Under the pieces are notes generated by a model. The model was given only the letters and a program-made list of their open reading frames with translations, searched no databases and was not told where the DNA came from. From Raillietiella orientalis (lineage: Eukaryota): a stretch of 64,000 bases of DNA. A program made the translations under genes and the position numbers. The stretch's first letter is position 1. Each line of letters begins with the position of its first letter. Below are positions 1 through 11,764 of this stretch, in pieces. The stretch is from assembly GCA_036172245.1 (NCBI GenBank), contig JAYWIR010000083.1, forward strand, positions 186,001 to 250,000. The letters run 5' to 3'.

Positions 1-519
1 AGACGTATGTTTGTCTCAGGATAAACGGTTGCCTTATGCCAACCGGAGCTCCGGCGTGCGCGATCACGTGGTCACTCGCTTTCGCCGTGGGCTCCACGCG
101 CGTGCGAGGGCTGTCGGAAAAGTCAGTAGCTACTCGGCGGTTCCAGGAAATCCGCTGCCCGATACATGGCACCCTCCTCGCCTTGGGAGGGGGACGCATG
201 CGAACCTTCACTTGAGGAGTCAGCGATGCTCGCACTTTTGCTGTCTGACGGACTCCTTGCCCCCTCCCCCTTTTCCTAGGAGGATCAGTTTTTAAGAATT
301 CCCGAAGGTGGCCAAACAGACCGCGCCTCCGTTTCCCGCGAGTAGAAACGCTGGGGTACCCAGCCCTCATCCCGCGTCCCCAGCGCCTGCCGGAAATGAT
401 TCTGCACGTCCCTCAAGCGCTCGTGTCGCGTCGCGCCAGCAGCGCGCGCCCTCTGCTCCCATCCAAAAATCAGCTGATTCTGCGACGGTTCCAGACGAAG
501 TGACCATTTCGATGTGCTG

Positions 520-3500
520 ACCGGCCAAAGAACGATGGGAAAAAAATTCCCGATATCGCGGGCGACTGTGGGATGCCGTCGTAACCATGGTTACGAACGG
601 ATCATTCCCCAGCCTCTATGCTTGCACTCTGGAGAGGGCTTTTTTTGTGTTAAGCCGATGTCGAAAGGTTTCCCAACACATGCAACCGTTTGGACCTTTG
701 AAGCAAAGACCTTTGCTCCAAACAGCAGGTTTGAAAGTCTGGGTCAGCTGCGAGTCGCGAGCAGCGAATTCCGGGCTGTCATGGAAGCGAGCAGTCCAGT
801 GTGCCGCACCACCTACCCACGTGAAATGAAGAATTTGTAACACGCGGTAGAACACTGGAGCAAGGAGTTGGCCGTGGCCATCCCGCTTTTTATCGTGCCA
901 CGGACCGCCAAAAGACGATCCCAGAGGGAAAGGCAAGGGACCATCGGATACTGCGAGCAGTCCTCCACAAGGGGGAGTCATCCACAAAGTGCGGGTACCT
1001 CGGTGTGCAAAAGGTGCACAAGGGTGGACGACTCTGGAGAGATCAGGGGGCTCACTGGATCGAAATCAGTATTTATGTGCTCTGGAGAATCACCTGCAGC
1101 TTCACGTGACCGCGCGAATGAGGCGTGAACCAGGCTGGGACGAGCAGCCCTCGATCCACGAGCCATCGGAACCGCCCTGCGAAGAAGGCTCGCACTTTCG
1201 CCGGGCATACAGGAACTTCCTCCCAGTGTTTCATTACAGGGATCGATCCTGTAGAGCATGAGGCGGCACTGGATGGGAGATGACCTGCACGGTTCGGACA
1301 CGGAGGATGGCCTCCATCCCCGCATCTATCGAAACATTGTCCAAGAGTGGAAAGTAGTAGAGCAGGCAATGGAAATGGCAACCCACTTCAAGACTGAGAT
1401 CCTTAGGGGAGTCTTCGAGGGAGAAAGATTACACCTCCCTCTGCCAACCCACGCTGGAGGTAGCACTAGCCTTCTCCATCCACGGTATGCTCATCAGGAG
1501 CTCCTAGCCACGGGGATGTCTGAAGACGCCAGTTCAAAATATCCTGATGAACCTGCTCGAAGAAGAAAATTGAGGCATCGGAGGGAGCGGAAGAGTTCCA
1601 CCTTCCATGGTGAACCACCCGTTGCATTCAGCAAAAGATGCGGAAGACGGGCACTCTTAGGAGCGCTTCGCTACAAAGATGACTGCGGGCAGCAGCGCGG
1701 AACGTCCTGATGGACCTGCTTGAAGAGGAAAGTCGACGTTAAAGAACGCAGAAGAGTTCCAGCTTCCAGAGCGGACCACCCGTTGCATCTTTGCATCCAG
1801 CAAAAGATGCGGGAGATGGGCACTTTTGTTGGTGCTGGATAAAGCAAAACGAGGTTTGCGACCGAGGCAAAGTTCACCTCTTCCCGAGGAAACATGCGTC
1901 AGGACGGGACAATGGTGTCCTGGCCCTGAGACGTGGGAGACGACAGATAAATCTTGTCGGTTGTAATGGTGAGCTGACGATTCGTCTGACTGGTAAATTG
2001 GACTCCAATGTGCGTTCGCGCGTACACGAAGCTGCTTAAAGTGACGCGGGTGAGGGAGGGTGTCAATCGCCAGATTTCAGCTGCAGCGTTCCCGAGAGCA
2101 TCCCTGGAGGTATTTGCAGGAAAATGCAGGGCTGCTTACCCACCTGCATCTCTCGTGGAAGCCGTCAGGGCCGCCTTCTGAAGAGGTCAGTCCGGGAGTC
2201 ACCTACAAGACGCGCAGCCGCATATCAGTGGAGCCAATGCGACGAATGCTGGGAGAGAAGCAAAGTGCCGGCCATGGAGATGGACTCCTTTAAACACTCC
2301 AGGAAGCCCCACTTCGGAGGGAGTCCGTGCTCATGGTCCTGGAGAAGTCCCCTGCAACGCGCGGCAGCGCTTGCCAGCCGGGAGGGATGAGGTTCCTCGA
2401 TGCGGAGGGAACTGTTGCGCCGCTGGGAGCAGGATGCGTCCGTCCTTGAAGGAAACCAAGGATGGCTCGAGGCAGCTCTTCGAGGAACTCCCAGAAGTCG
2501 TCGTTGCTGACCTCTAAACCTTCCCTCAGAGAGAAACAGCTTCCCGCATCTGATCGGGAGGGCAGAGATCTAGACGTGCGTCCCTATTTTCGCACCCATG
2601 ATGAAGACCTCGAGGGAACGTTGCCAAGGGAAACACTCAGCGGAAAATCGTCGCTGGGAATGGACCGTGGCGAAGCCAACAGTGCTCGCTCATCTCCTGA
2701 GAGGATGCTGGGCGAAGCAGACGCGAAAGCAGAGAGCGTTTCGTCTGCGCTTGAATCACGGCCTTCGGCTGTCCACGGCCGGAGAAGACGCTTAACCTTC
2801 GGATTGCTGGAATGTTTCCTTCCAGCAGACTGCCCAGAGACCGAGGTATGCTCCAGCCAGACGAAAATCCAACCGCCGAATCTGCTCTCCGCACCTCGTG
2901 AGAGGTCGCGAGATCGGGAATCGTTCGGACTCTGGCCCCTTGATGAGAGTTAGGCTGACAGTCAGAGCGAGCTTCGACCTTCGTTCCCGGCGTACGCCTG
3001 CGGGGGCATTCCATCCAACGCCCACCGAACCAAACTTCTCGGGATGAAAGGATGCGACTTCTTTTCCCGTATTTCTCGCTGGCGAGACACTTTCACCCCC
3101 CTCGGCATCATCCGTCTGTCCTTCCCGTTCACATGGAAGGACGGCTAATCGGAAGAGAAACTCCTTCCACTTCTTGGAGACGAAGTATGGAAAGAGCATG
3201 CTTCGTGGATGCTGGTTAGATGCGAACGCCGGCTGCGCCGTGATCACGGACAGCATAGTCGCGTAGTTGGCTAATCTCGAGAGAAAATGCTTCGAGTCTT
3301 CCTCCCTTCCCCCCTCCCCTCCTCGTCTCGGGAATGCGATGCCGCTGAACCCGGCCTTCCGCCGATTCAGAATCCAATCTCAGCTCCAGCGCTCCTCGCG
3401 TAATCCGAAAATCCGGGACCGGCAGTCCTCGATCCTCGTTTGGGAGAAGATGGCTGTGAGAACTCGAGAGGGGCGTCTCTCCGAAACGATGAACCGCGGC

Positions 3501-4400
3501 CGAATGGACCCAGCAGGAAGGCCGGAACGGCTCGCGTCAGCGCTGTCCATGGAGCCCGCAATCCGCACAGAGCCTTTCGTCCCGCTCCATCCTCGCCCCC
3601 GGTCCAAGGAGACGAGACGGGGAGCCTCGAGTGGGTTGGCTTATGACGGAGTCGAGCTTACCTGCCAACTCCTTGGGCTCTTCTCTTCCTCCTCGTCCTT
3701 TACCTGTAACGTCCCGATCGATTTGTTCTTGCACCGAGAGCGCTTCCAGCTGTTTCTCTTGCCGGAAGAGCACATTCTTTCATCCTCCCCCTCCCTTCTC
3801 TTTAGCAAGCAGCGCCTGAGCTCAACGGGCAAGAGGTTGTTCCCTGTGGATGCGGCGAACACGCCCCTTGGAATCCCCAAGTCTGACTCTTGCGGGGCGG
3901 CAAGGTAGGAAAAGTAGAGAACGGGGTCGAATGGCCGGGCGCGCGACTGCATCGAGTGCACTCACAGCAGCGACTGCTGGAGGCAACGAGAGGATGGAGG
4001 TGCATTCTTTGAGGCAAATGTTCTTCAACTACCCGCGCCGAAGGCAGTTGTATCTGCGAACCTCTTGCTACCCTTGGTAGGTAGCCGCTGCAGAGTCTCT
4101 TGCGGAAGTTCTGCAAAAGGAAGTTTCCTCTTCCGCTCTTGAAAGGAGCTGCAGCAAAGTCGATGCTTCCTGAACACCAACTCCACTGCGGCACATTTAC
4201 ACCGCCTCGGCTGTACGTATACCGAAAGCCTGAGAAAGTCAACTCCCGGAGCCTGCGCTTGGACCTCGTCATGGGAGACACATGCATTTGCCTTGACCTG
4301 TTTGTCACCATTTCCTGGAACAGCAAGGGTCTTCTGGACGCGAATACGAGCAGTAGAAAGGAGGCAAACCTTCTTGTACTCCCTGTTTGAAAGATGGCAC
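520..4400 (-). mobile_element. Heavily decayed non-LTR retrotransposon (LINE, I/Jockey-like): ORF1 zinc knuckles, APE endonuclease, RT
   Basis: In the expected order on the minus strand: CTRCSRAPGHS and LFRQEKQLEAL (ORF1 knuckle and post-knuckle), GWNA (APE start), FIMG (GDFN region), RFRWLVDRGLL, GQLLAPVFY (QG..LSP.LF), FHDS (YADD position). Many frameshifts. Confidence 0.65.
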
Positions 4401-5399
4401 TCTGGGAGCTATAAACCTCAGCAGAGGCGCCGAAGGGAGTCTTTGGAGATCAGCTTCCTCTCGTGGAGCAGGTGCGGACAAGTCGAGGAGCGGGACTACC
4501 TATGAAGAATCTCTTTGCAACCTTTCGGACCACCTAAACTTCTTGGGAACTCCTGAAAGACGGAGATAAGGATCTCCAGGGGCCAGCCGGGCGTCTCCTC
4601 ACTTATCCGGGTGGCCCGCTTTGCAGCCGAGAACAGCCCTCACCCTGGAAGAACGCGGCAGACTCGGTAGGTTGGTGACTTTCATCAGTACCGAAACATG
4701 TGCGACCAGATGCTCCGAGGGAAGCTGCTCTCAAGCCTCGCCTGGCAACCCACGGCAGCCTTAGCCAACTGCCACCCCTGGTGTCACTCAGCTAAGGCCG
4801 TTGTGGGTGTTCACCTTTTTTTTTGGTCCACTTCGGCAGTCGAGGCAATGATCGACAGTCCGCTCGCAGACCGCCGCGCCAGGGCACCACCGGCTGGTCG
4901 TGCGGTACTCGACTCGCGCAGTGCTGACGTCATCGACTCCGGGCTCCGTTCCCAGGGTTCTGTTGGCCTGGATTCTCACCCGGGTGCGCCAGGGCGTTTA
5001 TTTCAAAAATAAACATCCCATGAGAACTGTGGTAGGACCAGCGGTCCAGCCATGCATAGTTTAACGGAGACCTTCTGGGTCACGGTTCGCAGACCGGCGC
5101 AGTCCACCTCAGCAGCAGAGGGGAGGAGGCAAATAAAGACAAAAAAGAAAGAAAAATAAAAATAAATACACTTTGGGAGGTGCAAGCAGGGATCACGTTC
5201 CGCTGGTGTCGGCGGTCCTGTTCATCCTCTGTAGGATGCCGGCAAGGTCTTGCTGGATATTCCTGTCCAGGTAGAGCCATCGCGTTGCTATCCTGATGAA
5301 AAGGACGGCGAAGTGGATGGCATCCCTGTCGCTGGGTTCTCCCGTTGCTTTACTTCAAGCAGCGACGATCCCGGGTAGGCATCACAAGGCTGCCAGGGA

Positions 5400-6320
5400 G
5401 GTCTCTGGCCGAAGGGCATCGTGAACGAAGAAAGGTTTTTAAGAGTCCCTGGAGTTGCAAGTGTTCCCAGAGGGCCGGATGACAACACGGTCCACTAGCA
5501 GGTGGGATGGCCGCGAAAGGGGACCGAATGGGATTGCCGCATTGGACCGTGGCCCCTCCATAGTGACAAAGGAGGCTTATAGTAGGTACGAGCCGAGTTG
5601 CGAGCCGGTCGACGCTACCCTACTTTTGGGGGGGGGGGAGATCCGGAAACTTCCAGAGGACTGCCGTCACTCTCTGCGGCGGTCGGCACGGCGAAACCTT
5701 CGCAGGGCGCCACGATGCGACTGGCAGGTTTCCCGGACGGATCTTCTGGCTCCGAGGCGACCGGCTGTCCGCCACTTTGTGTCCGGGAGAGTCGAGGGAT
5801 GAGTGTAATTCATGCATGAGGACCTCACACAAATAGGGGATTGGCGGCCTACTCAGTCATCACCTGGGAATCCAGGTTGGTGGCCCTGCCCACCGAAGCA
5901 CCAACTCTTCGGCCGTTCCCTTCCTCCTTCCTGGACGCTCTTCCAAACAGCACATCAGGATGTCGTCCTCGGGGTTTACCGATCCCTTCTCTGCTGCTTT
6001 GGATGGGGAAGGAAGAACCTTGCCACGCCAGTGGACGAGGGTACGAAGGGTTTGAAGAGGCAGACTCCGATCTTCCCCGGCAGGAGGATGGATTTCGTGG
6101 GAGACAGCCGTTGGTATGGCATCCAGATTGGGGCGTGAGGGGGGTCGTCCGAGAAACGGGGCTTGCTCCCCAGCAGGCTCGCCTCTTCTCTGGCGATCGT
6201 GCTGCTACAGATACGAGGCACATGCATCTCGGCTGCCTGGCGACGAAGCAGTACCGAAAAGATCAACAGTGGTTTTCGCAACTTGCAATCAAGGAGCACA
6301 CGAAAGGAAAGACGAGAAGA
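5400..6320 (+). mobile_element. Decayed LINE reverse-transcriptase C-terminal fragment
   Basis: EDLTQIGDW, LGVY..LCCFGW and VWHPDWG resemble the L..W, LGV.LD..L.W and Y..PVWG segments that follow the RT core. Confidence 0.45.
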
Positions 6321-6360
6321 GGGCTCGTGTCAAGAGGAGAGGAGAGCGTCTCTTGCGCCC

Positions 6361-6700
6361 AAATCAATAAATTAGCTTAACGATTTTGACATGACAAGCG
6401 CATACTTACTGGTTGCAAAACCAGTCCGTTTAAAATAGAGAAGGAAAAACAGGAGGCGGGCAATGCCGATGTTGGAGATAGGCTCGTGGAAACACGCCAT
6501 GCGTGCAGGTTGTTGTCGCTTCAATATTTGCCTTGCTTGCTCCGCCGTTTCCGTGCATCGGTGAGCAAACGAAGCACGGTGCATAGGGGAGCGGAGGGTT
6601 TCGTGTCGAAGAGCAACGTGTCTCCTTCTCAAATCAATAAATTAGCCTAACGATTTCGAAGCGTGCATTGATTGGTTGCGAAACAATGCAGTTCGTAACA
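6361..6700 (+). repeat. Degenerate tandem duplication with 270-bp period
   Basis: AAATCAATAAATTAGC(T/C)TAACGATTT at 6361 and 6631, with weaker similarity on both sides (e.g. TGGTTGC.AAAC). Confidence 0.75.
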
Positions 6701-8649
6701 GAAGAGAGACAGGTCCATTGTCGACTCCGAATTACCAGGACTCAACAAGCGGGAGAGATTCCCATTCGCTCGTATTCGTGCAGCTCGTTGCCATGTAGCG
6801 GTTTCTATGGCGATCTGCTGCAGAACGCCTTTGCAGTGATTCTGCGTATCGATAAGAAATCGAAAACGTAGGTTCGGCTTGGTCCGTTCCCGGACTGGAA
6901 AGTGGCATCTCATGTAAATAGAGAGGACAGGATTCACCGTGACTCGATCAGAAGTGGCGTTTCCCCTTGGAAACTTTTCCGTTCAGGACTATGATTTTCC
7001 CATCCCCCGGAACGCGAAACTGATCCCCAGATCCTGATTCATGCTATTGGATTCCATCCTCGCAGTCCAACAGCTAAGGCGTATTTCCCGCATTTACTGT
7101 CGCGATCAGGAATGGAGGACTGATTTGCATCTCGTTGCAGCAGTTACTGCTGTCCTGCTCTGAAGAGCAAGGTTCCCTTCGTCCCCCATGCTATTAATAA
7201 CATCGATCTTCCTTATCGACAGTGACATGGAATGGGACTCTCCTATGAAAATCCCCCCCCCCCTTTCCGTCCTCGTCGGGAGTCTCGGGTTTCAATTTGT
7301 AGTTGGCGAGGTTCGGTTCCTAGGCGCCAGCGAGGGCCGCCGCAGGTCTTCCGCATAAATTTTTTCCTCCCTGGTTGGAGCGACCCGGAGGCTTTTTTTC
7401 TTTTCTTTTTCCTACCTACGAAGGAACCATCGCTGCTCCGCTATAATTAGCGCGCCTTTCCCCATCAACCAGCGTCCCCCCCATAGAAGTTTCGTTGCAC
7501 CCGTGTGCGTCTTGGGGAGCCACTCGGTGAACTCGCGAACCGAAGGCTTTCGGCTCGCCCTCGAGACGCAGCAAGACGCGCGCAATCAACACGGAAACCT
7601 CCATCGCACCACGGCTCCCATTAGCATTCGATTAAGGCGCTCGTGTTTATAAGCATGCACCATTCATTAAGATCACATCTGTGGCTGAAAATTAGGAATG
7701 TATCAGTGAAAGGAGGCGCTCTAACGTTCGTCCGATGGGTCCCAAGATACGTTCGAAACTTCCGTGCTGGTGGAGAATAACAACGCGCCCTCACTGCTCG
7801 GAGCGAGAGGAGAGAGGCGGACGAGATTGCTGCAGCAAAAAGATTCACATACTCGGAAAACGAATCTGGAACAAAAAAGAAAGAAAGAAAGAAGCCCAGT
7901 ATTTAGAGAGCACTAGCCCGACTTGCAGTGTTCCGCATTTCCCGGCAAAGGTCCTATAAATATCGAAGAAAAAGTTATATTGTCGTTTTTTCCAGTGGAT
8001 AGCAAATTGTCCTGACTTTTATCTTTCACCTTAAGATGATAACCAGAAACAATAAAACGGACAGTTCCATAGCTGAATTTTTTTTTTCCTCCTCTGTGCT
8101 CTGAAAACATCCCGAAGGAGGCATAGAAATTTATATGCTCCTTAAATCGGAACATGAAAAGTGATCTGAAGACCCCAGTGATGGTTTCCTTTGAGCTTAC
8201 TCTGCAGCTTCAAAGTCCACTGCTTTATACAGTTCTTTCTTATATTCCGTCTGCACCTACTAAGAGCTGTTATCCCCGTAAGACGATTCCGTTTTGTAGC
8301 TGTTATTCAGGAATAATGAATAGCTTCCAGAAATGAACTTGGTGTACGGCGTTGTGTTTTTATGCACCTCTTATAAATAACAATTTTGGAAGCTGAGTGT
8401 CATCTATTTCGAGTGGGTCCATTAACATCGGCTGCTGTGAGTGCAAGAGACGATTCAAATAGCCATTTCAGGTTTGTTTATAAGATGGAGGTGGTCGGGA
8501 AAAAGTTCGGCAAACTAATTGTCCACTTTTTTTTTTTTTAAAAAAAAGCGTTCCTAGCTCCCCATCTTTTCATGCTTTGTATTTTTTTGATTTGTTCCCT
8601 TTTTGCTTTTGCTCCTTCTGACCCTTTGCAGATCGAAACAAAATCTACA

Positions 8650-9400
8650 TCGATGTAGGATGCCAAGAAATAGAATCGAGAGTTTCAGCTCGAATCTGCA
8701 GTTCCCTCAGAATCATAAACACGATGGAAATATCAGTCGTAACAGCCTCGATGATCCTGAGCTACACTATCAGATGCTCAGCTGTCTTCTTTAGGATTCC
8801 GTTTCTTTTTCAATAAATCATCCTTCCGATAAGAAGGAGAGATTGATTTAATTTTCGAATCCAAGCACGCAAGCAAATATCGTAACACCAACCACCATAT
8901 ATGCTACGGAGGTGGCACCTACGGTGTCTTCACTTTAATACCACCGGAAGAGAAGGCATATTATGTCTTTTCGTGCTCAGATATCTCGGAATGGGAGAGG
9001 ATGAGAAGTCTGTTTCCAGTGCTTGAAATAATGCCGCGCAGAAGTGTGCTTATATGAACAAAAGCTTCCTGAGAAACCCGAGGTTGCGCTTGTTTCGATG
9101 GAGTGTCTTAGAAGAACGGAATGAATCCCGTCGAAGGCAACTTCCAAAAGGGAAGCCAGATGAAATTTCGCTTCCTGTCCGGAAGTCTCAGCTGACGAAT
9201 TTATTTCTTCAAAGAGTGTGCAACTTTTCGAAATGTCATCCAGTATATGCCTCAATCTAAAGTCCAATACATCATTGTCATGGCATGGAAAATTTCCCTA
9301 ATCAAATGAGTTTCTCCAATGATGATTGAAAGCGGCACATCAGCTGAGAAACAGAGTGTTCTTGACTGCAGTGTTTCCTAGAAAACACAATTCCAAAAAG
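8650..9400 (+). mobile_element. Possible very decayed hAT-type (hATm-like) transposase remnant
   Basis: Weak collinear matches in AT-rich DNA: NHHICY (HHARW), LCLFVLRY, LF..V.EE, DEFISSKSVQLF, SAEK (ND.AER). Confidence 0.3.
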
Positions 9401-11452
9401 TGGTATGATAAATTTCCTATTCTTCCATATCTTTGAACCTATCCAAAGAGCGTGTTTATAACATGCAGTCTAGAGACTCAGCAGCAATTTTTTATGGAGT
9501 GCCGTCTAGGCGGAAAGTGACCTCCAGGAAAGCTGCAAGTTTCGAGTCCTTAGCGAAATTACCTTGGAAACGCTAGCGAGCGTCAAGGCAAACAATGAAT
9601 TTTCATTGTTTCCAGCTTCATTGTTTGCACAACCGCACTGTTGCGTTTCCAGTGTTTACGTTTGTTGCGTTTGCTTTTAAAGCAGCCAGTTGTCAGATAT
9701 GATCTGGGTATTTAAGGCTCATCGTCTCTCTGCAAAGATGTCTGTAAGCTTGAGCTCCAGCACGGGAATCAACAGTTCGAAGCCAGGTCAGGCATACTTG
9801 CCTAGCACTCTCTATCTCTGGTGTAATTTCTGGACCGGGATTCGAGTTGCACTTTAATCGCGAAACGTGATTTGGAATCCAAACACTTGTCTACACTCGC
9901 AAAGACCTTCTACTGGGAAGGAAAGGGTTCACTTTTGTTTTCTCCAGCTTGTTTTCCCACCCGAGGCTTCAGTTATCAGAAAGCATCCTGCCCATGTTTT
10001 CAGAGCTCGAACTGCGCTGCATAGGTGTTTCGAGGGAGTCTTTCGCTTAAGCTGTCCATTGAGAAACGAACAACTTCAAAAAAAATCGAAAGCGATAAAG
10101 CCCGAGGTTCTCGACTTGAAGTCACGTACTCTGGCATGTCTTTTCACACGACGCTCTCACACGTGATGGTGTTAGTTCCTGTGCGAGCAGTTTAGCCTAG
10201 CGATAACCGATTCCCTTCTTTCTCTCAGTGCCAACATCTCTCGACCCCTAACACAATAACCAACACAATAATGATCTATGGAGCTCTGTCGTCCATTTGT
10301 CCACACCTTCTTTCTCTGTTTATTACATTGCGACAAGCGAGAACGCTTTGCCACGAAGAAGAGGAAACATGTCGCCCGCTGAAGTCAGCGAGGTGGCAGC
10401 ATTCATCCGTGAGCCCACAATCTTCCTCATGAGAAATGAGCTTGCTAGAGAGCAGACGGAGTGACCGACCAGTTCGCACACACGAGAACCTTCTAACGGC
10501 AGGTCAATCTCAGCTCTGTAGTTTGCTTGCTCCTGGCTGCATCCTTAAGCATTAATAAAAGATGTTTCCTAATCTGTTGGCGAGCTCATCCAGATAAAAA
10601 GCAGCCCCCGGATTTATCCAAGGCAAATTAAAACGGCCAAGCAACCGAAGAAACTTTCCATATCAGTAGCAGCGCAGAAATAGGATGCCGCAATCAGTTA
10701 TTGAAGAAGGAAAAGTAGAAACATTTCAACAGGAATGTCTATGGCTGCACCTGCATTTTCGCCCAACGAATTTCTCGACGCACACGTCATCGAATGTCGA
10801 AATCGGAGAAGAGGAAAAAGGAGCAATTTCTCTTGAGACTGCACGGAAACCATCAAGCCTTTGAGGATTACTTCTGATTCTTCCACTTTAATGGTGAAGT
10901 GCAGCAGAATCGAGCAGTTTGCGTCTAGGAACTCAACGAACCGTAAGGAGACGCTCTCAAAGCCAGTTCGTTGCGGAGACGCCGCTTCTCAACGAAGGCT
11001 TGCTGCTGTATCTTTTACAGCTTTTTTCTGGGTTATCTGCACACTATCAAAGGCACCCTGGTGGTCTCTGGAAACATAAATCCGCGATGTGAACATGCGA
11101 GTGTGCCGGAGGAGGGCAGCGAAATCTCAGTTTGGGAAAGTCCCCGGAACCCCGCCGCATTTCTGATTCCACCGTTACAGGAGTTCGCCGTGTTTCTGTC
11201 CACGGTGCCCCTTTCCGGCCCACGTTGATGTGGCCAGGCATGGGGTCCGTGAAGAACCGCTTTCCGAGCACATCTTCGGAAAAGCTCTCGTGAGCGTTGT
11301 CGTGCCACCAGCTTCGAAGATGAAGGAAAGGATGAGAGGAAACACGCAACTGGAAACAGATGTCAATGCCCGGAGCACCGAATGGACTGTTCATCCTCAA
11401 AGCCTACCAAATGGCATTAATCTTAATCCAGTCTTGGAAGGCGCTCATTGAT

Positions 11453-11764
11453 CGAAACACACAATCACTAACTCATATATCAATCTCAAACTCCTTCTCC
11501 GCCCCACCCCTACTATTCCTCACACTACTAAACCTCTCCAGCATGCCCCACCTATCAGGTTTCCTTCCAGAATGAATAACCTTAGAACTGGCAATCACCC
11601 TGATCATCTCGTCTTCAATCTCTCTCCTGATCTACCTTAACATTAGACTCCCATCCTTCACTACCATTCCAATAAACAAATCACAAGATCACCCTAAACC
11701 ATCTTTCCTTCCAATTTCCATCTCCTATCTCTTCATACTTTTACCACTTTCCCCATTACCTTAA
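11453..11764 (+). pseudogene. ND2: NUMT: nuclear copy of the C-terminal part of mitochondrial NADH dehydrogenase subunit 2
   Basis: Abrupt G-poor, C/A/T-rich block. With the invertebrate mitochondrial code (TGA=W, ATA=M, AGA=S) it reads LLFLTLLNLSSMPHLSGFLPEWMTLELAITLIISSSISLLIYLNIS...LLPLSPLP*, resembling ND2 LSLGGLPPxxGFxPKW...IISSLIxLxxYLxI. Confidence 0.85.
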
